Below are positions 49,159-62,620 of a DNA stretch of 64,000 bases, piece by piece; within the stretch, counting starts at the first letter, position 1, and every line of letters starts with the position of its first letter. The position numbers and the translations under genes were made by a program. The notes beneath the pieces are model-generated. The model saw nothing but the letters and a program-made list of their open reading frames with translations. It ran no database searches and was not told the origin of the DNA. The stretch comes from Eledone cirrhosa (Eukaryota). The stretch covers positions 18,228,001 to 18,292,000 of the forward strand of contig OZ024756.1 of assembly GCA_964016885.1 (NCBI GenBank), written 5' to 3'.

Positions 49159-51533
49159 CTCAGTTTTATATATATAGACAAGGCCAGCAATTACCCAGTA
49201 CATTACTGGTACTTTATTTTATCGACCCCGTGAGGATGAAAGGCAAAGTTAACCTCGGCGGTATTTGAACTCAGACCGTAAAGGGACGTAACTCCATGCT
49301 ATGAAGCATGGTGTCCGACTCTCTACAGATTCTGCCAATCCACCGCCCTAATGTCTACGTAATGAGGGAGAGAAAGAAAGGCAGAGGTGAAGTGACGAAG
49401 TGACACTCTCCTCCTCCTCCTCCTCCTCCTCCTCCTCCATCTCCCCATTCGTCACAGCGATAGAGGGGACGAATGTTAGTGTGTTACAAAGAGAAAGAGT
49501 GAGAGTGAGAGAAACAGACAGACTAAAAGAGAGGGATAGCTGGAGAGAGAGAGAGATAGCAACCACGCGCGCACGTGTTTCCACTGTCGGACAGACAGAC
49601 AGAGAAATTGCTGGTTATATATTATAAGGAGATAAGGGCGGTGGATTGGTAGTATTGGTAGAAGGTCGGACGCCATGCTTTGCAGCAAAGAGTTACGGTC
49701 CTTTATGGTCTGTGTTCAAATCCCGCTGAGGTTAACTTTGCTTTTCATCCTTACGGGGTCGATAAAATACAGTACCAGTAATGTACTGGAATAATTGCTG
49801 GCCTTGTGCCAAAAGTAGAAACAATTATATATATTAATCTTCAATCTGAGAATCCAAAAGCTACACACCAAGTTGCGTAACATGCAAGCCAGTAATGTAT
49901 CCCAAGATGGAACGAGGATCTCTCTTTCTCAACAGGTGTTTCGTTACGTTTTCCAACAGTGCGGCTTATTAGCTCCACTGCCAAGGACTGTAGCAGTAAT
50001 TTTGGCAGCAGGGTCATGTGTTCTTTCTCAAGAAAAGAGGAAGATTCACATCCGTGCATTGACAGGCAAATTCAAAAGTGGGAACATAAGGAATTGATTC
50101 ACAGCCTCTAAAGTAAGCACTCAACTAAGTTATCAATCATGGAGGCACATGGCTTAGTGGTTAGAGCATTGGCCTTGCAATCGAAAGGTTGTGAGTTCAA
50201 TTCTCAGACCGGGTGATGTGTTGTTTCCTTGAGCAAGACACTTTATTTCACATTGCTCCAGTTTACTCAGCTGTAGAAATGAGATGATAGGGACTGAGGT
50301 CCCTATCATTCCACTGTAAAGTGGTCGTGGAGGTGCCACAGCAAAAAAGCACCCAGCACTCACTGTAAATGAGGTTGGTGTTAGGAAGGGCATCCAGCTG
50401 TAGAAATCAAGCCAGAATCAGTTCCCGTCCCACCCTTGCAAGCGGACGTAAAATGAAATGATGATGAATCAATTAATTATAAAGGCTAGGAGAAAATAAT
50501 AATAATAATGTTTCTACTTTTGGCACAAGGCCAGCAATTACCTCAGTGTTTTATTTTATCGGCCCTGTAAGGATGAATGACAAAGATTACCTGGCGGGAT
50601 TTGAACTCGGAACATAAAGGGCCATAACTCCTTTGCTGCAAAGCAATGGTGTCTGACGTTCTACCAATACTGAAGCTGGTACAAAGCACTCAATGAGGTG
50701 ATATTGATAAATTAACTCAGAGTAATAATATGTTAAGGGTGTGATGTTGCCACTACAACGACGAAAATACAAACAGGTTAAAGACTAACATGGACCTGAT
50801 CGATAGATATTATATATATTGGATTGGCAGTATAGGTAGAGAGTCGGACGCCATGCTTTCCAGCATAGTTACGTCCCTTTACGATCTGAGTTCAAATCCT
50901 GTTGAGGTTAACTTTGCCTTTCATCCTTACGGGGTCGATAAAATAAAGTACGAGTAATGTACTGGGTAATTGCTGGCCTTGTGCCAAATGTAGAAACAAT
51001 TATATATATATTGGATTGGCAGTATCAGTAGAGGGTCGGACGCCATGCTTTGCAGCAAAGAGTTACGGCCCTTTATGATCTGAGTTCAAATCCTGCTGAG
51101 GTTAACTTACGTACAAAAACTCAATGTTTTGCCAGAAATCAGTGGAATTGTATTCACCTAGGTTCATCGTGTGTTAGGTGTATACATTCCACACTTCTAT
51201 ATAACACTAAATGTGGCTGGCATTAGGAAGGGCATCCAACTGTAGAAACCAAACCAGAACCAGCTCTGTATGTGCAAGACACTGTCACCTAATCTTATTT
51301 GTCTCACAACGTGGACAACTCATCTAACCCATGCTAGCTTGGAAAAATAGACGTTAAATGATGATGATGATAGAACATTATCAGCTGCTGTCTAGTTTCA
51401 TAGCTGAAGAGATTATATATAATGAAGAAAGTAACAGGGAAACACAGACAACAATACACAAACACTTTACACTTTGTTTAAAAATCATTTCCATGGTGTA
51501 TTTTTGGCTATAATTATTTTCTTCTATTTTCAG

Positions 51534-51600
51534 GCACTGTGATGTTGAATCATGTTTTAAAAATCTGTGAAGAGGATGGGAACTTTGATAATGTTTTCTT
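51534..51600 (+). CDS. NAA50: NAA50 coding exon 4 (67 nt)
   Basis: Acceptor ttttcttctattttcag and donor TT|gtaagt. Encodes (G)TVMLNHVLKICEEDGNFDNVF(L); phases match both neighbours. Confidence 0.96.
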
Positions 51601-52809
51601 GTAAGTGTCTTTCTTGACTGTTTATATTCTAGCGTCGCCATTATTGAGGCAGATCCAATGTTTAGCATTTACTTTTGAAAACCTGATTTATTTGTCCTTG
51701 ATATGGGTTTTGTTTTTTTTTTTCTTTGGTCCAGGCATTTATACCAAGGTGTTTTGGGAAGATGAAGTTGATTGTCTGCTGCAAGGTGTGATGTGGTGTG
51801 GGGTCAGGTCTGCAGTAATGTCGGGTTGTGTGGTGTGGCTTGTAGTAATGTCAGGGTGTGGTATGGTCTGTAGTAGTGTCATGTGGGTGTGGTGTTGTAT
51901 GGTATGGAGTGGTGCGGCCTACAGTAGTGTGGGCTGCAGTAATGTTGTGTGTGCAGAGTGTGTCTTAATAACTCCCTAAATCCACTGTCAGCTTGGTCTT
52001 CCTTTGGTACTGAAGCCTAAATATTTGGTGTTAGAGACTCACATTGCTGGCTGGCTGGTTAATTAACATTTTAATTAGTTAACCAAACTATTTGATGAAC
52101 TAACTGATAGGTATGACATCATTAGTCTGCCCAGTGTCATCATTTTTGGTGTGGTTTACTGTATAGATCACCAAAACTAGGGAGGTTGTGGATCTGACAC
52201 AGATAAAGAATACTCATTCCCCTTTGGCAAGTGCTCTATGGCTGGATGGCCATCCAATCACTTTACAGTGTATTGAGTGCGTTGACTGTAGATCACCAAA
52301 ACTAGGGAGGTTGTTGTGCCCAAAAACTTCTATTTAATTAAAATTTTCCAACATAATTTGATCCTTTTATATTGCAAATAACATTAATAATAAAATTATT
52401 TATAATTTTAGTAAATTCCTTAATTCAAATACGGTTTATATATGGCCCCTTAACTCTTAAGGGAGTCGTAGGGGCACCGTATTTTCTATGGCATTTTTAC
52501 ACCTAGCAGAGCCCATCTCTCCAAGTTTCAATAAAGCAAATTTCTTCCAGAGAAGGATAAAGAGAATGGGAGATAGAGGAAGAATCAACCCCAATACTAG
52601 ACTAGTACTTTTTTTATCTATCTCAAATGGATAAAAGACAAAATTGACCTTGGCGGGATTTGAATTCAGAGAGGAGAGGGCCAAAACGAATACTGCGATG
52701 CATTCTATCAACTCTGCCAATTCACTGCCTAAAATACTGTTTTGTGTTAGAAATATAATGAAGGAAAGTTTAACTCATTTCAAACATTATATAACCCTTT
52801 AGCATTTAC

Positions 52810-53690
52810 ATTATGGTTATGAAAGTGGCAGAAAGGATATTAGTGCAACTAATTAGAGAAAGGGATGCAGTTTGGAGTTGTGCCTGGGAAAAGTACAACA
52901 GATGCCCTCTTCTTAGTGAGACAACTACAAGAGAGGTTCTTAAAGAAGAATAAGCCACTATACTTAGCTTTTGATAGGGCACCCGATCTGTCATCTGGTG
53001 GTCCCTAAGGAAACTAGGTGTTGAGGAATGGCTTGAGGACAGTGCAAGCTTTGTACAGAGGTGAGGGTAGGAATGGAGTTTAGTGAGGAATTCCAGATAT
53101 AAGTATGAGTACATCAGGGTTCGGTCCTCGGCCCGCTCCTGTTCATTATAGTCCTCCAAGCCATAACAGAGAAGTTTAAGACTGGCTGCCCATGGGAACT
53201 TCTCTATGCTGACGATCTGGTTCTTATAGCAGAATCAGTAGAGGAGCTAGAGAATAAATTCTGGCTATGGAAACAGCAGTTGGAATTAAGAGGACTGAGA
53301 GTGAACTTAGCAAAGACAAAAGTGTTGATGAGTAGAAAAGAGGACAAAACTCTGATTTGGTCAGGGAAATGGCCATGTTCGATATGCAGAAAAGGAATTG
53401 GCATAAATTCTATAAAATGTACACAATACAGATCTTGGCTACACAAGAGATGTAGTGGGATAGCAGGCAAACTAACAGGTAGGGAAAATTACGTATGCAG
53501 TAGATGTACAGGGAAATTTGGCTGTAGAAGTCGCATTGATAGACACATTTTTCAAATGCAGGTAGGTTCTATAGAAGTGGTTGATAGCTTCCGGTACCTA
53601 GGTGATCAGATTAGCGTGGGAGGGGGGTGTTCTGAGGCCATAATATCTAGAATAAGGACGGGTGGGAAGAAGTTTAGGGAGAAAGTTTGA
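52810..53690 (+). mobile_element. RTE LINE RT fragment in NAA50 intron 4
   Basis: YADD, NLAKTKVL, WPCSIC...HKRC...CSRC and FRYLG motifs; frameshifted. Confidence 0.9.
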
Positions 53691-53854
53691 TCAGTAAGAG
53701 GTGAGAGAATTCTGATCGGATACAGCTGGTTTGAACAGAAAGAGGTGAGAGAATTCTGGCTGGATATGACCAGTTTAAATGCTAAAGCATTAATCCAGCA
53801 CTTTCATTATCTTCACTCCCTAATTCTATATGTGGTCTTTCTATGTGTTTGCAG

Positions 53855-54035
53855 ACATGTCCAAGTTAACAATGTTGGAGCAATAAAGTTCTATGAAAAA
53901 TTTGGATTTGAAATAGTTGAAGAAAAGAAGTATTACTATAAAAGAATTGAGCCTGCTGATGCATACGTTCTACAGAAGACCTTCACAAAGACCAAACAGC
54001 AACAACAACAAGCTTTACGCCGTATAGAAAAATAA
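53855..54035 (+). CDS. NAA50: NAA50 coding exon 5 (181 nt including TAA); total CDS 513 nt, 170 aa
   Basis: Acceptor tgtgtttgcag. Encodes LHVQVNNVGAIKFYEKFGFEIVEEKKYYYKRIEPADAYVLQKTFTKTKQQQQQALRRIEK*, with the catalytic LHVQ and YYKRIEPADA motifs. AATAAA at 54031-54036 and 54055-54060. Confidence 0.97.
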
Positions 54036-55937
54036 ATTTTTTCAAAATATGGAAAATAAATTTAAAACAAAAAAAAAGGAAAACTTAAAAAAAAATACAA
54101 CTTTCTCCCTCCTCAAAAAGCAGGTCCACGTGATGATCAGTGTTTTTGTACATAAATAAGCATTTGTCTTACCTGGAAGAGTATATATATGTGTGCGTGT
54201 ATATATATAATGTATGCTATACAAATATGTATGTATAAATATATATATATATATAATGTATGTTATATGTGTGTGTGTGTATATATATATATATATAAAA
54301 CATGTTATATATGTATATATATAATGTATGTTATATTTATATATATATATATATATATACATACATATGGTCTATATACATACATATATATATATTGAAA
54401 GTTGCAAAGACTTTATTTTATGACTGGAAAGACATAAAATCTTAGAACATTTCCATCACATTTCTCAAAAAGATGAACTGGTAGGGGGTTGTTTCTAAAT
54501 ATTTTATTTTATTTTTTATCTGCACCCTCTATTATTATCATTGCCAAATTTCTGGCATTGTGCCTATGTTAGAATCGATTATTATTAAGACATTGCACTG
54601 ATTTTTTTTTTTTTTTTTTCCTTCCTGTGCGCATTTTCTTTTTTTGGTTTTAATTTATTTTGTTTGTTTAACAATCAACATCCTATCTGACACCAAAATT
54701 ACCAAGGACCTCTTTTTCTAATAGATTTGGTGCTGGCAAATGGGAAGAATAAATTGTTGGTTACTGCTTCGTAATATTTTTTGTTCTTTATCCTCTCTTT
54801 CCCTTTCACATGTTTTGTCTGACTGATCTCCTCTCTCTCTTAGATGTAGCCATGTTGGCTGTGGGGATTGAACCTGTCATCATTTGGATAGGATAAAGAT
54901 CCCATAACTCCTTGTAGAGTTGTACCGCATGTCCTCAGCACTTTTAAACCTGGTGGAGCCCAACCCTCTCCAGGTCTGAACACAGCCGATTTTTTTTCTA
55001 TAGAGGAAGAATCGACTCCAGTACTGGACTGGTACTTTTTTTATCGACCTCGAAGGATGAAAGGCAAAAAGTTGACAACGGTGTGATTTGAATCAGAACG
55101 TGCAATGGAGTGGGATGAATACTGTAAAGCATTCTTAACAACTCTGCCAATTCACATCATTTGGTTGCAAAGCAAACTTCCTTAGCACACAGCCCTTACC
55201 TGTACTTCAACTTCCACACAGCTCAGTATCTTTCAGTAGAGACATCGTAACACAATGGTTAACTTTCTACTTGACCACCTTGACTGCTCTACTGAGACAG
55301 GCTGGGATGTAACTTGGTACAAGCTTAACCTTTTAACATTTAAATCGGCTGTGTCCGGCCAGAATTCTCTCACCTCTTTCTGTTCGAACCAGCTGTAACC
55401 AGCCACTCATACTGATGTTAAGTTCTTGTTTTCAAAATAAATATCAAAATCTCATAGATTCAATATTAAGTGAGGTAACGCCTTTACCATGAAAATACAA
55501 TAGTATATATAGAGTAATATAAATGCTAAAGGGTTAGTACTACAGCTGCTGCTGTTGCTGGAAAGGGATGAGGGACAAATTATAAAGTTTGGGTGAATAT
55601 GGTACAAGCTTGATACTGCTACTGTTGCAATATTATGGAAGGGGACGAGGGACAAATTACAAAGTTTTTTGGGAAATATGGTGCAAGCTTAACCCTTCAG
55701 CCGTATCCGACCAGACTTCTCTCACCTCTTTGTTAAAACCGGCTGCTCATACTCATGTTAAGGTATTGTTCTCAAAATAAATATTGAAATTTCATAGATT
55801 CGATATTATGCGAGATAATTGTGAAATAGAGTTTACTATGAAAATACAAGTGTAAATGCTAAAGGGTTAATGCTACTGCTACTGCAAAATTATGGAAGGG
55901 GTTGGGGGACAAATAAAGTTTTAGGAAAATATAAGTC

Positions 55938-56312
55938 ATCCAGGACTAAAGACAGAGCCTTGGTGAACACCTACTTTTGCGCTAAATTCTTCACTATATT
56001 CATTGTTATTTCTGACCTTCCTGACTGTTCCTTTATACATGGCTTGTATAGCTTTCAAAAGCCATTCATCTACACCTAGTTTTCTAAGAGCCCACCAGAT
56101 AATGGAGCAGGGGACTCTATCAAAGGCTTTCTCCAAGTCAACAAAAACTAAGTAAAAGTTTACTTTTAGCTAGGTACTTCTGTAGTTGCCTTATGAGGAA
56201 AAGAGCATCCGTGATACTTTTGCCTGGCACATCCAAACTGCATTTCATCTAAATCAATATGGTCCCTAACCAGCTGTGCGATAACTCTTTCTGTGACCTT
56301 CATGACCTGGCC
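55938..56312 (-). mobile_element. RTE LINE RT fragment
   Basis: QVMKVTERV, DEMQFG, EKAFDRVP and GVHQGS motifs on the minus strand. Confidence 0.88.
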
Positions 56313-57582
56313 AATACACACACATATTATATATATGTAATATGATATTAATATTTTCTTTATTAAGGCCAAGTATGTCTTATTCTAGAGCTCTCTTTTG
56401 TACTCTGTCATCAGAGAAGACTGAAGACCCTGTGAAGTAAACAGGAGAAGCTCCAGAGTAACAGGACTCAAATGTTTAGCAGTTTTTGTTCTGAGTTTAA
56501 ATCCTGCCAATGTCAACTTTGTCTTTTTTCCTTTTGAGGTTGATAAAGTGAATTACCAAGGTCGGTATAATCAACTTTTCCTTCCCATCCCTCCAAATTT
56601 CCTGGCATTGTTCCAAACTTAGAAACCATTATTTCAGTTGGAGGAATAGTATTTTGGAACTTTCCAAGCCCACATAGACTGGTGAGGTTGATTTCTAGCT
56701 AATATACAGCTTTATATTTGGTAGATTTATGCCCATATGGAGGGAGAACCAGAAGTATGAAAATAAACACAAATATGAAAAGGTTTTGCATATCACTGGC
56801 TTGAGCCCTTCCTTATCCACCCAATCTCTTTTTTATGCTGGTATGAATTGGAACAGGCGATTACAATCTATATAGTAAAAGGCTGGAGGATCATACCTCA
56901 CTTCCATTTTTGGCATTGTTGCTATGGCGTCATGTCTTAAAACACCGGCCCCCAAACTACTTTTCTATGGCCGTGTCAACAATTTTCATGACTCTTATAT
57001 CGTAAAACAAACCTATTATTGTTCCTATCATTTTTGGAGGCGCAGACGTTCGTAATATTCCGACAAAAATGTCTAATTTTAGAGAGTATACTGGGTGCAA
57101 AAAAATGCAATTTTTCGTGTAATAAAAATAAACGAGCAAAGTATACAATATTTTTTGAAGATTTAAGAATTTTCCGACAATATTTTGTAGGGTACACCCT
57201 ACTGCTGTAATTAGACTGATGCGATGGTCACAGTTGGAACGTCTTTGATTATATATCTACTCTATTTTTTTCTTCTATCCACTTACAGTCATAACATTGT
57301 TTGTCTAATATTTTAAACTAATTACTTACGTCCATCTCTTTTCAAAATATCGTAAACAAACAGAATGTTTATTCGGAAAGTAAAAGATTTTTTGGAAATT
57401 TATGGAAGAAAAAGTCTCCTTTATTTTAATAACATAAATAAAAGTAATCTATCTAAAAAGAAAACGGAACTTAGAAAGCAGTTAATTAAACGTTTTTTTT
57501 TTCCTAGCTAAAAATGGTTATCTAAAATTGATCCATTCAATATGGTATCAACCTCAGCAGCTTGTTTTCATATATAAAAAAT

Positions 57583-58657
57583 ATGGAGTAAAATTATGGT
57601 TTATATATATATATATTGTTATACTTCGGGAGGGTAATAATATTGTCAGAAATAATAACAGAACACACTCACTGTTTGGTATTGTAGTTTTTATATAACA
57701 GAAAAGTGTCTTTCAATAACCTTTCAGCTTGGCACAAGCTTTCATTTCGACACTCGATTTCATATAAAAAACCTTGCAAAACAAATTCATCGCCGTCATG
57801 GCATTAGCTTGTGCCAAGTTGAAAGGTTATTGAAAGACACTTTTCTGTTAAATAAAAACTACAATACCAAACAGTGAGTGTGTTCTGTTATTATTTCTGA
57901 CAATATTATTACCCTCCCCAAATATAACAATATTTGTTTCGATACGCGATTTCATATCAAAAACCTTGCAAAACAAATTCATCGCCGTCATGGCATTAGC
58001 TTGTGCCAAGCTGAAAGGTTATTGAAAGACAGTTTTCTGTTATATAAAAACTACAATACCAAACAGTGAGTGTGTTCTGTTATTATTTCTGACAATATTA
58101 TTACCCTCCCCAAATATAACAATATTTGTTTCGACACGCGATTTCATATCAAAAACCTTGCAAAACAAATTCATCGCCGTCATGGCATTAGCTTGTGCCA
58201 AGCTGAAAAGTTATTGAAAGACAGTTTTCTGTTATATAAAAACTACAATACCAAACAGTGAGTGTGTTCTGTTATTATTTCTAGCAATATTATTACCCTC
58301 CCCAAATATAATATTTGTTTCGACACACTTTTTCATATCAAAAACCTTGCAAAACAAATTCATCGCCGTCATTAGCTTGTGCCAAGCTGAAAGGTTATTG
58401 AAAGACACTGTTTTCTGTTATATAAAAACTACAATACCAAACAGTGAGTGTGTTGTTATTATTTCTAGCAATATTATTTATTACCCTCCCCAAATATAAC
58501 AATATTTGTTTCGACACACGATTTCATATCTATAACCTTGCAAAACAAATTTATCACCGTCATATATATATATATAAATGAAAGGTATAGAAAATATTGT
58601 AGCAAAAAGCCAACAGTATTCCATAATATATATATAAACCATAATTTTTAGTCCATT
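57583..58657. repeat. 192-bp tandem array (~4 units) with an inverted partial unit and short terminal inverted repeats
   Basis: Period 57878 to 58070; 57613-57740 is the reverse complement of ~57806-57932. Confidence 0.9.
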
Positions 58658-59549
58658 GGGGGAGGGGGGCACCACCCTTGTATATATATATATATACACA
58701 AGGGTGGTGCCCTCCAGCTTGGCCTCAACTGGGTGGATGGAACAGAATAAAAGATCGGTTGAAAATTGATAGTCTGACCAAGATACTCTCATAGAATGAC
58801 CAAATGACATTTATTTTTCAACATAATCCCTGGAAAGAAACAATGCAGTTATTAATAAAAAGAGTTGAAATTAATGCATGCGAGATTTCACAGTTCTAGC
58901 ATCACCCCTTCATAGTCTGTGAACTTTTCAGTCGACCCTCATAATACAGCGATAACGTCGACATGACAGTATCTACGCTCCATACAGAAGTAACTATACA
59001 CAAAATAGTAGTAATATATATGCTTATTATCAGTTAAAATGTGTGTAAAGAATAAATATGAACAGGACTATATATATATATATAATCAAGTACTTTTATG
59101 TTGCCATAAATAGATCAAAACGAAAAATAGAAATACTCATAGACGCTGAACCTAGCGTTTGAGTATATCTAAGGGACGAATATAAACATGGTGACATCTT
59201 CTCGTCTGCGATAATCTTCTTTCAATAAATGTTTTGCTTTTCTAACGCGATATAAGATATTGATTAATTCAGTTGTCCGTAAGGGGGTAGTGACTCCCCT
59301 ACTATCATAGAGTAAACAAATATTAATTAGGCTCTACGTTGGAAATAAGCTACATGAACGTTCATGTCGTAAAATGCCGTACATACCCCCGAAGGTTTTA
59401 TAATAAATGTGTTTAACGTCATATTTTATTTATTCTTTCACGATCTATCTCAACAGTAAAAGCTACAAAATAGCCTGAAAGATGACTGCATAGTTTAGAA
59501 ACATCTTTATTTGATAATAAATATAATATACAGTAATATAAGAGGAAAT

Positions 59550-59771
59550 TGGTTGGCGCCAAGATATTTAAAATAAAATCACATGAATAATAAAGCATCA
59601 TGGGAAATTTTCAGATTTGAGTTTTTTTTTTTATTCAAATCTCGTCTTAACGAGATTTGAATAAAAGAAATACCGAAAAGAGTATGTTAGCGAGGAAATC
59701 TCGTTTATACGAGAAGTGCTTCAACGTAGTTCTAAGTAAGTTTTGGCGCGAGCCTACGACTACTATATAAA
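59550..59771 (+). promoter_or_regulatory. H2A.X promoter: TATA box plus E2F-like and CHR-like sites
   Basis: TATATAAA 59764-59771; TTTTGGCGCG 59741-59750; TTGGCGCCAA 59553-59562; TTTGAA 59656-59661. Confidence 0.7.
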
Positions 59772-59848
59772 GTCTTGTGATCGCCTCTCTCACTTCATAC
59801 TTGAATTTCTTCCATTCGTTTTATATCTTCTTTCATTGAGCAACCAAG

Positions 59849-60262
59849 ATGTCTGGACGTGGAAAAGGCGGAAAAGTTAAGGCTAAGCCCAAGAGTCGTT
59901 CTTCGAAGGCCGGACTTCAATTCCCTGTTGGTCGTATCCATCGTTTGTTGAGAAAAGGCAATTATGCCCAGCGTGTTGGTGCTGGAGCTCCTGTCTATTT
60001 GGCTGCAGTGATGGAGTATTTAGCTGCTGAGGTGCTCGAGTTGGCTGGCAATGCTGCAAGGGACAACAAAAAATCTCGAATCATTCCCCGTCATTTACAA
60101 CTTGCCATCCGTAATGATGAAGAATTGAATAAACTATTGTCGGGTGTCACCATTGCCCAGGGTGGTGTATTACCAAATATCCAGACCGTCCTTCTTCCTA
60201 AGAAATCTGCCGCAGCTGCTGTTAAGAAATCCAAGAAGGATTCACAGTCTCAGGAATATTAA
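59849..60262 (+). CDS. H2AX: Histone H2A.X (137 aa, intronless)
   Basis: Complete H2A core ([19 protein letters not shown]...LLPKK) plus an extended tail ending DSQSQEY, the ATM/ATR SQ(E/D)-hydrophobic motif that defines H2A.X. Confidence 0.96.
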   Translation: MSGRGKGGKVKAKPKSRSSKAGLQFPVGRIHRLLRKGNYAQRVGAGAPVYLAAVMEYLAAEVLELAGNAARDNKKSRIIPRHLQLAIRNDEELNKLLSGVTIAQGGVLPNIQTVLLPKKSAAAAVKKSKKDSQSQEY

Positions 60263-60311
60263 AAGAACATCTATTTCATTTTTTTTTATTATCCATTTCC
60301 ATCCACCCAAC

Positions 60312-60327
60312 GGCCCTTCTAAGGGCC
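60312..60327 (+). promoter_or_regulatory. Histone mRNA 3' stem-loop (SLBP site)
   Basis: CCAAC-GGCCCT-TCTA-AGGGCC-ATCAA: 6-bp stem and UYUN loop, 50 nt after the stop codon. Confidence 0.9.
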
Positions 60328-62004
60328 ATCAAAATATTCCGTAAAGTCTTCTGACATTTTCTTCACTGAACTTATGCGATCATTTTTTCAAATATTTGAT
60401 TCGATGTCGTTTCTACAAAAATAATTGTTTAAGCTCTTTATAATCAAGACTTGATTATATATTATTTGTATTGTCAGACTATTTCAAAGACATTTTGTTC
60501 AATATTTCGTATTTTTCTTCAGTATTGTCTGACATGGTTAGATCTCTTCCAACCGTTTTCCATATTTTGTTCAGCCGGAATATAAAAAGATGCATTTACT
60601 TAACCAACTGTAATTTATATTTAGCTAAGACATTTTAAAATTAAATATCAATTTTCTGCGACATTTAACGTAAATTTTGTTAGTTTATCTTTGGAAGAAA
60701 TACAGTTTTGTAGCCATCTCAATATTTTTAATATATAACTTTATTTTAATATTTAGCTGGCATTTCTAGTAAATTAATCATCCATGTAATTTTGGTATTA
60801 GTTTGAGTTCGCTGCATTTAAAGTTTTCCCGCTTTTATTATTTTCTCCAGTTAATTTTATGATATTTATGTATTTTCATTGAAGAAATTAATATATTAGG
60901 ATCTTGCAACAAACTACATAAATGAAATTAAAATATTCTAAATATTTAATAGCTGTTTCTACTTTAGGCACAAGGCCAGCAATAACGCAGTACATTACTG
61001 GTACTTTATTTTACCGACCCCCGTAAGGATGAAAGGCAAAGTTAACCTCAGCGTATTTAATAACGTTTCAATTTTTTTCTATTCTGAAATTATCGATTTA
61101 ACTAAATATTATCAACCGTTAAAACCAATTATTTCCTTCCGAAATACTTGCTTATGGTGGGTTTCTTCTGAAAACATGCTGAATACTTCTGGGGGTTAAG
61201 ATTTCATTTAATATTAACAGTCGTTAAAATCAATTATTTCCTTCACACTGGACAAGGTTTAATTTAAAAGTACAATTTCTTATGTGACTTTATAATATAA
61301 ATACTCGTTTCATATCAAACCAGCCCTTCGTTTTATTTCACAAAGTTGTTTTTAAAAACATCCCCGCAATAAATTTATAAGGGAACCTTTTAAGTTGATG
61401 TTCCAAACATCAGCTTAATAGAAAGCTGATTATATTAAATAAGTCTCTAAATGTGACTTTAATATCAAACCAGCCCTTCGTTCTCTAGTACAAAGCTGTT
61501 GATTCCAAAAGCATCCCGCAATAAATTTATGTAAGAACCTTTAAGTTGATGTTCCAAACAAGTTTAATAATTGGAAAGTCGGTTATATTAAATAAGTCTA
61601 CAAATGATGGGTACTGTCTTATTGATATGTTTAATGTAAAGTCAGTGAAGATCTAATAATGAATTTATAATAGAAAAGAGATCCCTTCGAAAATAAGATG
61701 AGTTTATTCCGACAGTTGGTTTAAAAAATATTTTTGAATTAGAATATAAAATATCAATTTAACTAGACATTACGACGAAATAATTCTTGTATTATATATT
61801 TTACATATTTCAGTTTTTAACTTATAGTTTGTTTTTAAGTTATTGTTTGTAATACAAAGAATACGCCTTTTAAAAAGTTTCAGCAATTCTTCGTTAAATA
61901 AAAAATATTGAATGATTTTTTGAAGGGGGTGAAACCAGGTTTTTGTACGATAGTTATTTAGGCGGTAAATTATTACGTTACTATGGTATTAAGATTTCTC
62001 CTTA

Positions 62005-62510
62005 TTTTAACCCAGAGCTGGCACTGAACAAAGTTATTCCGGCCATGAACACGCAACCTTATGGGAAGATCTTTTCCATGTTTTAACACAAATCCGGCCA
62101 CCAAGCCTCAACTATTATTCAGACAATATAGTGTTACCATGAGATAAAGATATGATTTAACCCAGAGCTGGCATTGATCAAAGATATTCTAAATATGACC
62201 ACCCAACCTCATTTTATTCAGACAATATACAGTGTTACCATAAAGATATTTGATTTAACGCCGAACCGGCACTGTTAAAAGGTATTCCAGACATGAACAC
62301 CCAACCTCATCTTTTGTTCAGACAATATTAAGGGAAGATCTCTCCATGATTTAACCCAAATCCGGCCATGACCACTCAGCCTCAACTTTTATTCAGACAA
62401 TGTACAATTTTACTATGAGATAAAGATATCGTTTTAACCCAGAGCTGGCATTGATCAAATGTACTCCTGAAATGACCACCCAACCTCATCGTGTACTCAG
62501 ACAATATAAT
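62005..62510. repeat. Degenerate tandem repeat
   Basis: Recurring TTTAACCCAGAGCTGGCA...ATGA.CACCCAACCTCA...TTCAGACAATAT blocks. Confidence 0.7.
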
Positions 62511-62620
62511 CCTAATTTACAGGATCTTGTGTAATTTGAAGGACATTTGGCTAATGTTTCTAGCAAACCGAGTGACCCCCAGAAGCCGCATTCTTGTGAG
62601 TATGTTATGTTATATATACA

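Noticed and set aside
57878-58261. Duplicated 63-aa ORFs
   Set aside because: GTG-start ORFs that simply mirror the 192-bp tandem unit; later units are frameshifted.
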